Position numbers and translations under genes: made by a program. The notes below the pieces were generated by a model. That model saw only the letters and a program-made list of their open reading frames with translations, ran no database searches and had not been told where the DNA came from. From Sphagnum compactum (Eukaryota), in the NCBI GenBank assembly GCA_965153455.1, contig OZ234493.1:34958213-35022212 (forward strand): a DNA stretch of 64,000 nucleotides, read 5' to 3'. Shown here piece after piece: positions 51,810-63,756 of this stretch. How positions within the stretch are numbered: the stretch's first letter is position 1; every line of letters begins with the position of its first letter.

Positions 51810-52230
51810 AAGGGGAGCAAAGCAAAGCAAAGCTAAAGCTCGAGCATCGTTTGTAGCATCGCTCTATTCTCTTGTAATTTCTAGTTTTAGGAGCTTTGGA
51901 AATAGATGTTAGGATACAGAGGACTTTGCCTCACAGAAGAAGAGAAGCAAAGCAAAAGCTCGAGCATCGCTCTATTCTCTTGTAATTTCTAGTTTTAGGA
52001 GCTTTGGAAATAGATGTTAGGATACAGAGGACTTTGCCTCATAGAAGAAGAGAAGCAAAGCGAAAGCTCGAGCATCGCTCTATTCTCTTGTAATTTCTAG
52101 TTTTAGGAGCTTTGGAAATAGATGTTAGGATACAGAGGACTTTGCCTCACAGAAGAAGAGAAGCAAAGCAAAAGCTCGAGCATCATCTGTAGCATTGCTC
52201 CAATCTCTTTGCAGTTTCTGGTTTTAGGAA
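51810..52230 (+). repeat. 108-bp tandem repeat (about 3.5 copies) in the 5' leader/intron of the longin gene
   Basis: TAGATGTTAG recurs at 51903, 52011 and 52119; copies are nearly identical. Confidence 0.92.
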
Positions 52231-52507
52231 GATCACGAGAAACCAGGTCAGAAGTCACGGAACAGTTACGAGGATCGGAAAACCAAGTGCAGAGGTCACG
52301 GAACAACAGCTTGATGATCGGAAGAAAAAGCGTATAGTGAACCATGCGAAGTGAATGCGCAAGGCAAGCTCTGGATGTCTGTTGAGGCGGTATTGTTAGA
52401 GAAAGCTCAAGCAGCTAAGTAGCGTTCTTCGGAGACCCTTTGAAAAAGAAGGCTTACGAGTACAAGAGCATGCATACATAGCGGAAGGAATCAAAGACTC
52501 GTTGGCA

Positions 52508-53691
52508 ATGGCGACGACTTCCTTGAATCTCGTGTACTACGCGTCAGTGGCCAAGGGAACAATGATAGTAGCCGAGCACATCAATGCAGTTTACGACATT
52601 GCATCTGTAGCGTTAGACTTCTTAGAAAAACTGCCTCCTCTGCACAGCAGATTCACATATACCACCAGCAGACGTATTTTTACCTCTTTGATGGACGGGA
52701 GCTTCACGTATTGTGCAATTGTGGATGAGGCTCTAGGGAAGGCAAATGCTTTCACGTTTCTAGAGCGAGTGAGAGATGAATTCAAGCAATTGCTTCGATC
52801 TTGGGGATGTGGATTAGATGGACAAGGACTGGAAGCGCATAGTTTAGTAGCCGCTTTTGCTCCTACTTACAGACATTTAGTGAAGCCGTTGGTCGGCGTT
52901 CCTCAAAAGGAGATGGATCGAATGGAGGAGGAGGAGGAGGCGATGCTTGCAGAACATAATGAATATGGTGATGGCTACAATTCCCAGCATCACACTTTTC
53001 TGCAACCGAATAACATCAACGAGGCTTCAGATCACAGCAAAAACCCTGCAAGGCTCAGTGAGCCGCCTTCAGAGCCACTGACGAAGAAAACAGCAAAGCC
53101 TGACAAGAGAGGGTTGAGGGACCAGGTAAGTAGTAGTATACTTTCCACCACTCCAAATGGTTTTCTGTTTTCTTTAGGGTTAGGGTTTCCTCTTCTTCAT
53201 GGTTGCTGGTTGTTTGGTCAGATCTGAAATATCCTTGTCCTTAATTGTGTACAATCATCTCTCAATACTTTTTCAGGTTGACGAAAATCACAAGTATTGT
53301 GAAATTCTCTCAGTATCATACCCTAAAGAAGGTACTTAGTGTGAATCTATTGAGCTGAAATGAAGGTCTAGGTTTATGTGAAATCTGAGGTTTTCAGGGT
53401 TGGCAACAACAGGTAGTGGAGGTGAAGGCGATAATGATGACAAATAGTGGCAGGATGCTCGACAAGAGTCAGAAACTGGAGGTTATTGTGGACAGTAGGT
53501 CTTCACCATGTCCAAACAGGCACATGATGAAGTCTGGCAGCATGAGATCCTCACGCCGAGAGATGATCTCTCACATGTGGTGGCGTAATGTGAAGCTTGT
53601 GGTCATTTTTGACCTTATCATATGCCTGATACTTCTGGCCATATGGCTTGGTGTGTGCCAAGGTTTCCATTGTGTGAAGAAAGAAACATGA
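52508..53691 (+). CDS. Phytolongin-like / VAMP7-related longin protein with C-terminal TM. Exons: 52508-53125, 53413-53691
   Basis: Longin domain (VYYASVAKGTMIVAEH...LEKLPPLHSRFTYT...FTYCAIVDEALGK..AF.FLERVRDEF), CAG|GTAAGT donor, CAG|GTA acceptor, and C-terminal MWWRNVKLVVIFDLIICLILLAIWLGVCQGFHC. Confidence 0.9.
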
Positions 53692-56600
53692 ACAACATAA
53701 TCCCTGTTTTGAAGCATCCTGTGAAGCTTTTTCTGGAATGTGAGAAGCCTGATGAGGGTTTTGGGATTCATTTGACTAAAACTGTATCTAAAGCTGTCAG
53801 CCCTTGTGGTTGCCATCTGGATAGTCTGTGCACAGTGCCAAACTTGCATGCGATTGAAGTGTTTTTCTGGTTGAGAACCTGGCATGTGGACTAGGGCAAC
53901 TGATATTGCAGGTAACTGACCAAGCAAGTTTCATCTGCAATTTGAGGCTCAGTTTGGGAATCTAATTGGATCCAAGGGAAAATGCTTCACAGTACCCTGA
54001 ACTTCAGAGGTCCAGTGCTGTGTTCAATCTTAAAGGGAGCAGGTATTCAAATGGAGCTACACTAATTATGTACAGAAACAAGTAGAGTTTGGCGTATCAA
54101 ATTCAATGCACCACACTCAATTCAGGGTGATAGAAGTTAGGGCAACTTTTTAAATCTGTAGAATCTTTAAGAACAGTAACCCTATGTGATATGCTATGTG
54201 ATATGCTTAAGGTGTTTGATCACCTGTGTCCATTTAGAGGCAATGCTGTTTTGTTGAATAACAGATTGAGATCAATTGGCATTTCTCCATGCCCTTCATG
54301 AACTCAACCTAAACTTTTTATAATAGCAGCATAGGATATTGCACACTTTTAAAACATTGAATGGTGATGCCCTTCGGAGCATCATGGACTCATTTGTCAA
54401 TTATTGGTGGCCAATTTACAGGGTTGCTGGGTTCCCAAGATGCCAAGGAAGGGCTGAATTTGGAAATCTATGCTCAAGTAATTGATTGGTTCATGAGTGG
54501 ACTTTTGCAAGTCTTCACCTACATGGACAGTCAGTTGTGACCTCCAGATCTGCAGCCATGGGTCCTATGGCTGCCTGCAATTGTGTCAGGCAATCTCTGG
54601 TATTCAGCATTGAATGCTGAATTTTCCTGATGGGGCCAGGTGTTCCAGTTTGGACCTGGCCTAGCATTACAGTAATGTCCCTCACTCATGGGCCGTATCC
54701 GTTTCCTCATAGTCCTACACAAACATAACTCATGGGGCAACAGGAGTGAAGGCACCTTACACCTACAAGAGGTCTCTTGTGGGTGTAAAAGTGCCTCTTG
54801 TTTTAGAGTGTGGGTTAATAATGTATTAATTGAGTGGCCCTCCAAATGTGCGTACGAAATCTGTGTGTGCTTTACATACCATTATGGGGGTGTACTATTC
54901 TGGCACTTTTTCAGTTTTTTTAAATGTAAATTTACAGTGGAGAACATGCTTGATACCATGGCTTTCCCATTTAGTTTGAAAGTGTATTCCTTGCCTCTTG
55001 TCCCTACTTCAATCACGTCAACCCATACGCTCTCGATGACCATGGCACAAATGGTTAGGAATTGGGTTTACATCAACTCCAAAGTCCTTATTCACACTCC
55101 ATGAAACTCCTAATGGGTTCAATTTGAACAATGACTAGATGAGGATGTTGTCTTATGACTAGATGGGCCTAGCTAAACGTGATAGTTGTTAAAATTGGCC
55201 AGGGTGAACGGTTGGTACCTTTACCTTTTTGAGTGAGGCCTCTTAGTGGTGATATTAAGCCAAAAAATGTTAGATTTGAACTCAGAGACCCTGATTTAGT
55301 CTGATCATAGAATATTCGTAGTATTGAGCTCATTTTGCATGGTTTCTCCAAACAACAAGTTTGAAAAACTTGCCCACCAACTTGATGGCATTGGTGTCAA
55401 CATGTGTCGTGGTCTGGGTGTCACCTACTTATGCCTCTGCTATCACTTATACTCATTTTTGGAGATGTTTTGCACCTTATGTGTGGTTGGGGTGCGGGTA
55501 GTCATAAAAAGAGATAGGAGTTCTCCAATTTTGTGTGTTACCTGTTATAGAATAACATTAACATTCATAGTAGACAGTCACTGAGAAGCTCCACATGATT
55601 GTGGACTTGTTTGAAGTTGGGTCTTTGATTCTAACTTAGACTTGAAAGAGTGTCTTATGACATGGAGGTTATGATGAATGGCAACATTTTTGCTTCCTCC
55701 ATGCAAGTTGTAGTCTAGCTATTCAGCAATGTGGAGACTTCGACCAATGTGCCCACCTTTATCGAACAAATCACTATGAATATGCAAAAGCATGTAGAAC
55801 TGTTTCATTTGAATAATTGACAAGTTGTAAACCACTAGATTGGTACATGATACAATAGAGAGGCCCACAAATTCTACGTGATGTGTAAGCTACCTAGACC
55901 TCCTAAAGCTTTTCCATGTCTCTAGGAAACTAGATAGTCAACAAGAATATTTGACGAAAGATTTGACAAGAAAGGGAAAAATGTGATTGCACTAGCAATA
56001 GCTTAGAATATTGTGTGAACAGACTACCCATTTGATTCACTTATGAGTGACCGGTAACCAGCACTAGTTTATAGTGTTGTGTGAACAAACTAGCCATTTG
56101 ATCAATCCATTCGTGAGTGTCATATGATCAGCATAAGCACATTTGTTTAGGCTACTAGGGATCCTTGATCAAAGGGCATATGATCAGAAATGTATGGTTG
56201 ATGATTGGTGCCTCGGCTAGTGATCCACATGTTGTATGGTACCTCATTCATGTTTGGATGGTCCGCATGAAGTATAGTGAAAGTAGTCACAGCTCCATCG
56301 AAACATAAAACACAGGTGACAGGACAGGATGAAGAAGAATGACCCAATCTAAGGAAAAGAAGCAATGCAGTTTAATGATGAAACAAAGAAATTAAAACTC
56401 TTGTTCAATTACATCTCCTTGAAATTATTTGAAAATGCATCCAGCATGAATGAAGAAAAAAGCCTCCAACGGCTTCAATAAGAATTCAACCATAGCAGCT
56501 GCCCACAGACCAGAATCACCAGACATCAGCACCCTGCAAAGCTCTGATTTCAGAACATCTGAGATTGAAACTATGGGAAGTACAATCTCCACACATATTA

Positions 56601-57447
56601 TCTGAACCAAGTGAAATATGTTGAAAAAAACAAAACAAGCGAGTTTCAAATCTTTATTGCAAAAGTTGCAAATTGATTGGAACTTTGGTTTACGCAAAGT
56701 ATAAATGAGAGTCCGCTGCATTGATAGCAGGCACAAGTTGCAAACTGATCAGAACTTTGGTTTACACAAAGTACAAATGAGAGTCTGCTGCATTGATAGC
56801 AGCAGCAGGAGCATCTGATGCACAAAAAGGATCCTTGGGGAAGTACACAAGAATCAAGCTGGACTTTATGTTCATCATCAGCTAAGTGCAATTCCACAAG
56901 GACTAAGTATATGAAAGATGACAAACAAGGATTGCTGTCATGGTCAATGCGACAGTGACAGGGAGAAAAACATTGGACAAGATTGACATAGTAAAGGAAG
57001 GTGCAATTGAGTTGGTCAATTTCTTTCTCTATTTCTCAGAGGTAATTAACTACTGCCATAAGGACGGGTGTGTTGTGTTGTACATTCCAACTTGCCTTTC
57101 TCTTGACGAGCATCCTTCATGAAGACACTTTTAAGAGCTGACAACAGCATTGCACTTGCATCAGTGATCGCCTCCATGAGCCACATTGTTCATATATAAT
57201 TTGGCAGCGCACTCATCTCTAGGTTAAGGTCTCAATTCTGTTTGTGTCCATTGCACACTTTCTAGGTCCTTGATCACACACCACTGTAATCTTCCACTCT
57301 ACATCCTGACAGTTGATAGATAATTGACAAGTCTCCTCTCCCTTGTTGATGGCCTCGCCTCTGCTCCACACAAGCACACAATGATGATTGTGAGATGTGA
57401 CATAGAAAATAAACCTTTTTTTTGGTCTATCATTGCATGCTGAAAAG

Positions 57448-57484
<37 letters not shown>

Positions 57485-57749
57485 TCTCTTAATGCCAAGG
57501 ATTTGAGAGATTTGAGCTTGAATTTTTGCTTCCTGTTTCCGACAAGGAGGCCTCAAGCACACATGCACTAACCCTAATCTTGCAGACAAAACAGTTTCAG
57601 TGTGCACATTTGCAGCATTTTTTAGGGCACATTTTCATGATCCATTGTGGGTTGTCCAATGGAGAAGAAAATCTGTGAGACATTGTTGAATACACAGGTG
57701 TCTAACATTGAAAGCTTCTTCATGCTGTGTTTTCCCTCTTGCATAGTAA

Positions 57750-58620
57750 TGGCATCTTCTTCTCTCACTCATCATCTCTGTATCTCAGTGACACTTCTGC
57801 TGCTTGTGCCACAAACCACAGACACAATTGCAAGAGAGAAATGGGGAATTACAAGACTCAGTCATGCCTGCCAAGAAGCATCAGCAAATGTAGGTCCCCA
57901 AAAAGCTCTCAATGTAGTAGCCATATGGCTTCCAAGCCATGGCAGCTTTGAAGAAGCAACCCTAAATACATAACAGATCAAAAGGGTTTTGTGGCTTCCT
58001 TGCAAACTGTGAAAAACACCTGGACAAATTTGCAAGAGAGAAATGGGGAATTACAAGACTGAGAGTCATCGTGCCTGTCAAGAAGCTTCAGCAATGTAGT
58101 AGCCATATGGCTTCCAAGCCATGGCAGCTTTGAAGAAGTGCCCCAAAATAAATAACAGATCCAAAGGGTTTTGCAGCTTTCTTGCAAACTGTGAAAAACA
58201 CCCAGACACATTTGCAAGAGAGAAATGGGGAATTACAAGACTGAGAGTCATTGTGCATGTCAAGAAGCATCAGCAATGTAGGTCCCCAAAAAGCACAAAG
58301 TAGTAGCCACATCACTTCCAAGCCAAGGCAGCTTTGAAGAAGTGACCCAAATACATAACAATGGCATCTTCTCTCACTCATCATCTCTGTGACACTTCTG
58401 CTGCTCATTCCACAAACCCCAGACACATGTGCAAGAGAGAAATGGGGAATTACAAGACTGAGAGTCATCATGCCTGGCAAGAAGCATCAGCAATGTAGGT
58501 CCCCAAAAAGCTCTCAATGTAGTACCCATACGGCTTCCAAGCCATGGCAGCTTTGAAGAAGCGAAAATCCAAATACATAACAGATCAAAAGCTTTTGCAG
58601 CTTTCTTGCAAACCACAAAA
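57750..58620. repeat. Degenerate ~180-220-bp tandem repeat (about 4 copies) downstream of the FLA gene
   Basis: GCAAGAGAGAAATGGGGAATTACAAGACT at ~57830, 58032, 58214 and 58431, each followed by CTTCCAAGCCA(T/A)GGCAGCTTTGAAGAAG. Confidence 0.88.
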
Positions 58621-58708
58621 AAAAAAACACCCATTTCGGATCTGAAAAAAACAGATAAGAAATTGCAGACTCTGGGGGCTCAGAAAGAAACCTACCTTCT
58701 TCCTAGAC

Positions 58709-60172
58709 TTATGTTGAAGGAGCTGGCGCTGGTGCTCTGCTTGTGGGTGGAGGAGGAATGAGAACCCTACTAATCCCTTGAATAGAAAGCCGGCCATCAA
58801 TGTAGATATCATGATCGAAGATATGTGCGGAATTCTCGCCTTCTCCAAACAGCACAGTTCCATCAGATTCCCGTGCGGAGAGCTTGAGCGGATGCAGAAG
58901 AGTGCTGTAGGTTTGTTTCCCTAATCTCCGAACCGTGTTGTACATGCTCTCCTCCGTCTGATACTCAGACAAAATATGATAGTAAAGAATGCGTTCCAGA
59001 GGAGAATTGAGATGCTCGGGAGTGAGCTGTGCCATGGCCTCGTCATTGGGTGCTAAGATCGTCAAGCGATATCCCTTGCTCACCAGCTTGCCGATCTCCA
59101 TAGCCAATGATGTGTAGTTGACGAGAAGATCCGCCATGTCGTAGTAGCCGCCGTAGTTCGTCAATGTGGTCATGAACTGTGTCACTTCTTCTTCGTCGTC
59201 CCACTTGAAGCTCTCCTCCGAAGGTCCTGGAGCTGGTGCAAACGCCGGCTCTGGTGCGAAATGTGGGAAAGGTTCAGGAGCCGGAGCTATGGTGGGAAGC
59301 TTGGAAGACAGTAGCAGTGATGGAGGAGGGTTTGCAGCAGCTCTGTTGTTTTGGTACAACAGCCTTGAACCAGTTCCCCGTCCATCGGGTGCACTCTGCG
59401 GGAGCAAAGCGACCTTACCATTCCTCTTCCATTCTTCGAACTGGGAAGAAACACCACGCGGGATGAGAAACCCATTCACGCCGTGCACAATGCCGTCGTC
59501 GCGGACGATGGAGTTCGGGGAAAACACTCGCGAGAACTCCACATAACGCTTGAGTCCATAGGAGCGTAAGCTAAGCGGATCACCAGAAAGCGAAAGCACA
59601 CTCCGATTGCTCCAACTCGCGCCCTCCAGAAACACTGGCAACACATGGAACTGCAGCACTCGTTGCAACAGAAACTGGTTCCCTTCCTGCAAAAGGAAGC
59701 TACGAAACTCCGCGTCCAGATGCTGTTCAAGGAAACTATTTTTGGGTGCAAAGATCGTCACATTCCCTTTGATGCTCACCACTTTCTCTAGCTTGTGCAG
59801 CAACGACGCCTTGTCTAGGTACCACACCAGCTCCGAATACTGCGACTCCAGCAACGCTTTCAAAATGGATCCATTACCATTCCCACCACCAGCTGCTGCA
59901 GCTCCCTTACTCCTCCTCCAACTACTACTACTACTACTACTACTACTAGTCATTGCCATCTGATCCTTTACCTGCATTGCTGCAGGTTCCACCACATACT
60001 CATCGAAAAAGAACATGGGTTTAGAACTCCGAGTTTGCCGAACACCATGAGAGGCAGCAACTGCAGCAGCAGCAGCAGCAGAAGAAGAAGAAGACGTCGA
60101 AGAACAAGACACCATGAGCACCATGGACACCACCACCATTACTGCCACTATTTCCATCCCCACTTGTGCCAT
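58709..60172 (-). CDS. FLA: Fasciclin-like arabinogalactan protein with two FAS1 domains (FLA15-18-like group), single exon
   Basis: Signal-peptide-like N-terminus; FAS1 (SILKALLESQYSEL...VTIFAPKN...LQFHVLP...DGIVHGVNGFLIP); PAPAPAPGP linker; second FAS1 (YGGYYDMADLLVN.TSLA.EIGKLVSKGYRLTILAPND...YQTEESMYN.VRR...DIYIDGRLSIQGISRVL). First ATG at 60172. Confidence 0.95.
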   Translation of the reverse strand: MAQVGMEIVAVMVVVSMVLMVSCSSTSSSSSAAAAAAVAASHGVRQTRSSKPMFFFDEYVVEPAAMQVKDQMAMTSSSSSSSSSWRRSKGAAAAGGGNGNGSILKALLESQYSELVWYLDKASLLHKLEKVVSIKGNVTIFAPKNSFLEQHLDAEFRSFLLQEGNQFLLQRVLQFHVLPVFLEGASWSNRSVLSLSGDPLSLRSYGLKRYVEFSRVFSPNSIVRDDGIVHGVNGFLIPRGVSSQFEEWKRNGKVALLPQSAPDGRGTGSRLLYQNNRAAANPPPSLLLSSKLPTIAPAPEPFPHFAPEPAFAPAPGPSEESFKWDDEEEVTQFMTTLTNYGGYYDMADLLVNYTSLAMEIGKLVSKGYRLTILAPNDEAMAQLTPEHLNSPLERILYYHILSEYQTEESMYNTVRRLGKQTYSTLLHPLKLSARESDGTVLFGEGENSAHIFDHDIYIDGRLSIQGISRVLIPPPPTSRAPAPAPST

Positions 60173-60786
60173 GCTTGCTGATGATTCTCTACATGTTTTC
60201 CTGCACAAACTGCAGCCAATTCAAGCACCCCCAAAAACTCCCCAAAGCTTCAGATTTTCACCAAATTCACAAGGAAATTTCGCAACTGCTGAGAGAAAGT
60301 GCACAGTTGCTGCTGCTGAGCAGGAGCAGCAAGGCGGAACAAGCTGCTTGTGAAGCTCCAGTTGTGAGGAGAATCATGAGGGTAGACGATGATGGATGGG
60401 CCCAGATTCTGACCATTCCTTGTGGAAATTAAAATACAGAAAACGCCTTGTTATCCAGTACATTATATCTCATAATCAGCTCCTAAAGCATTGATTCATA
60501 TACAAAACAAATAAAATGAATAAAAAAATAAAAAAGTATGTGGAATACATGTGGGTATCTATCTGTCCATGGGGCAGAATTGGGCCATCAAAGCTGTTCA
60601 ATGTCTTTGGAATTGCAGAATGTCCTTCCTCTCTATAAGCAGCACCCCACCCCACCCCACCCCACCAGTGCAAGCCTTGGTCTCCTGGAAACTCGTAATG
60701 ACTCCTGGTCCACCACTAGTGCCTAGTGCACCATCCATTGGAAACTTGTAATGAGTGCACCATCCCATTGGAAACTTGTAAGGATT

Positions 60787-60953
60787 CAGGTTTTTTTTTT
60801 TTTTTTTTCTTGGCGAATTTTCACCATTTTTTGACAAAGAAATTGGGAGTTTTTTGGATTTTTTTTAAAAAAGTGTAAATTCAACTAATTTTTCTATTTT
60901 TTGGGGGTTAAATTTGGCTAAAATTTCAATTAATTTTTTTTAAAAAAAAACTG
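60787..60953. mobile_element. Small MITE-like element with CAG-polyT ... polyA-CTG ends
   Basis: Begins CAGGTTTTTTTTT, ends AAAAAAAAACTG, and contains AAATTTGGCTAAA as family A does. Confidence 0.5.
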
Positions 60954-61388
60954 GTAGGAGGTGAGACACTGATGGCTACTAGGTTATAATTTGCCACTTA
61001 TAAATGTTTTTGCTGGTTAGTACATATAACTCTGGTTAGCCACCACATGCTCCTAGTAGCCACTTATAACCTACTAGTCACTTATAAGTGTTTTTGCTCC
61101 TTAGTACATAGCTAACCATTGTGGTTCACTATGGGACAAGAATATTAACGAAAAAGTGTTTTCATGACCAGAATATCATCCATCCATCCATCCATCCATC
61201 CATCCAGCAGCACACTATCCATGGGAAACCTGTTATGACTTAGTGATGGATGAACCACACTGAGTTAAGGAGGCTCCATCTTGGTAATCTATCCAGTAAA
61301 CCCTGGTCCTACTCTCCCCTCACACTACCTAGGTAACTTACTAACCATGTAAATGGTTAAGTATCTATCACAGGTAAGTAGGTAGGGA

Positions 61389-61697
61389 AATTACAGGTTT
61401 TGTTTTTTCATATTTGTGATGCAGCTGAACTTGTAATCTTCCATACTGCAGTTTAGCCAAAATTGGCTACAAACATGATATGAAAGTAAAAAAAAAGAAA
61501 AAGTACAAGATTCCTTCACATATATTTGGCTACATGCTATAGAACCCAATAGAGAAATCTGGCCATATTTCCCCAAAAAAAATTTAAAATTTAGAAATTT
61601 GGTGAATAGAAAACCCGAAAAAGCACACATTTTTTTTAGCCATTTTGAAAAATATATTAACCAACTCATTAAGTTTAGCCAGCAAAAAATAGGCTAT
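61389..61697. mobile_element. Family A MITE-like copy
   Basis: CAGGTTTTGTTTTT...TTTGTGATG...TTAGCCAAAATTGGCTACAAACATGATATGAAAGTAAAA...ATTTGGCTACATG...AAAAAATAGGCTA; colinear with 51124-51417 and 2800-3050. Confidence 0.7.
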
Positions 61698-62279
61698 AGG
61701 GATCGCTAACCATTGTGGTTAGCTATGAACCATTGTTCATCCACAACTGAGTCAGAACAGGCTTCCGCTGGATGATGTTCTGGCAGCTGCTGTTGGATTC
61801 ACTCTTGCCCATTTCCAACAGTGTAGGTTACCAAGGTGAAGTCCAGCCTCAACTCAACTCAATTAGGGTTCATCCAGAACTGGAGTCATAACATCCATTC
61901 TAACATGATGATAGGTTACCATGGTGAAACCTGACATCAACTCAGTTAGGGTTTCATCCATGGAGAAACTGAGTCAAATTAGCCTTCTTCCAATGGATGA
62001 TGTTCTGGTGGCTGTTGGTTCACTCTGGCCTTCCATGGCACTACTGGCCTTCCATGCTGACACCATTTCCTTCTCATCACTGTCATGTTGGAAAATGGTG
62101 AGAGGGGGGAGGGGGAGTAGTGAGCAGTTGCCTGGGAGAGTTAAAATGTTTTTGAGAAAACAAACAACTCCTCCATGTCTTCTTTACATATTGTGATGGA
62201 GCAAAAGTTGCAATCTGGATAACATTACTAGAATTGGTACAATACACCCATGTAGCTAATTATTATCAAGAGGAATTAC

Positions 62280-62660
62280 TCCACATTTCATGGCTATGAA
62301 ATTGTTGCAAAACCTCTTGTTGCTAATCAATAGATCTTTCCAGATCCATAGCTATGAAGCTTGTTGCAAGTCATCTCTTGTTGTAAACAAGCGAACCTCT
62401 CATGATCCATACATATGAAACTTGTTGCAAACAAGAGAATCTCTCAAGATCCATAGGTATGAAACTCATTGCAAAACTCTCGTTGCAAATGAGAGAATCT
62501 CTCAGGATCCATAGGTGTGAAACTCATTGCAAAACTCTCGTTGCAAATGAGAGAATCTCTCAGGATCCATAGGTGTGAAACTCATTGCAAAACTCTTGTT
62601 GCAAATGAGAGAATCGTTTGGGATCCATAGGTATGGAACTCATTGCAAATTTGTTGTTAT
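62280..62660. repeat. 58-bp tandem repeat upstream of the type-II DnaJ
   Basis: GATCCATAGGT(A/G)TG recurs at 62448, 62506, 62564 and 62622, with more diverged copies at ~62280, 62343 and 62404. Confidence 0.88.
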
Positions 62661-63042
62661 AAATGAAATTAGTCAATCAACCCTACAACATCCAAAGAAT
62701 AACCTTGGCACATTTTGGGAACACGATTCTTGCCATTGGAAAGCTCTTTTGACAATCTTCAACGAGGATGGCTCTTCTTAGTCATGGTGGTGGTTTGTGT
62801 GTAAACTCGTGTTTTCCATCTTGGAAATCTGCATTGAACAAACAAGAACAATCATGGCAAATGAATTAACAATTTCAACTAAAACCCGATGCTTATCTAT
62901 GTGCAGACAAAAAGGGCAGGAGGAATTGAATGTTGGTTGCATTCAGTTGGAATACACTAACAGGAATTTGAGACAAATTATGCACCATTGAGTTGGAATC
63001 CACGCACGACAAGAATGTGAGTTTGTTCATCGATAAGCAGCC

Positions 63043-63756
63043 ATGAAGGGTGGACCATGTAGTGAACCTCAGCAGAAGAACTATTATGAAGTGCTGAGAG
63101 TAGGGAAAAATGCAACAGATGAGGATCTTAGAAAAGCATTCAGAAGGTTGGCTATGAAATGGCACCCTGATAAGAACCCCACAGATGAAGCTAAGGCGCG
63201 AGTCAAATTTAATCGGATTTGTGAGTCCTTTGCAGTAAGCAAATTTGACCTTCATATGATTATTATTCCTTCTCCCTCTTGTGCAAACAATACAATACTG
63301 CTGGATCAACTAGATGACATTGATGATAATTTTGGTGCGTGCTTAGGTGTTAATGGATCCACATACTCGAGCCATAGTTGACATCTATGGAGAGGAGGGA
63401 TTGAAGAAAAAGATACCAAATGTGGCTTCTGGAACTCAGGGTTTCTCCAATGGTGGAGCCACAAATATGTACAGATACCAACCTCGAGATGCTGAAGAGG
63501 TGTTCAATGAGTTCTTTGGTGGTGTAAATCCATTTGCTGGATTGGGCGGTGACCCAAACATCTGGAAGCATCACTGCCTCACTGAGGAAGAAATTGCAAT
63601 GCCTGTCATAATGGCTTCTGATGCCTCACCACAAAAGAAAAAAGGGCCACGTAAGTCAGGTGATCTAGAAAACAAGCTGCTTTGCACCCTTGAGGAGCTT
63701 TTCAGTGGGTGCGTTAGGAAGGTCAAAATCTCCCGAAGTGTTATGGATCCTGACAG
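63043..63756 (+). CDS. Type-II (DNAJB-like) cytosolic Hsp40, first two exons (63043-63234, 63347-63756); continues beyond the window
   Basis: J domain NYYEVLRVGKNATDEDLRKAFRRLAMKWHPDKNP...F..ICESFA|VLMDPHTRAIVDIYGEEGLK, then PRDAEEVFNEFFG and ENKLLCTLEELFSGCVRKVKISR; no CxxCxGxG repeats. Confidence 0.92.

Noticed and set aside
56900-57240. Faint HGG/C..EGC zinc-finger-like pattern on the minus strand
   Set aside because: Interrupted by stops and too short to distinguish from chance.
8037-60172. Possible carbohydrate/cell-wall gene cluster (invertase, USP-like, OSTC, FLA)
   Set aside because: The genes are dispersed among unrelated DnaJ, longin and CaaX genes and do not form a defined pathway. 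Only co-expression and conserved synteny could rescue the idea.
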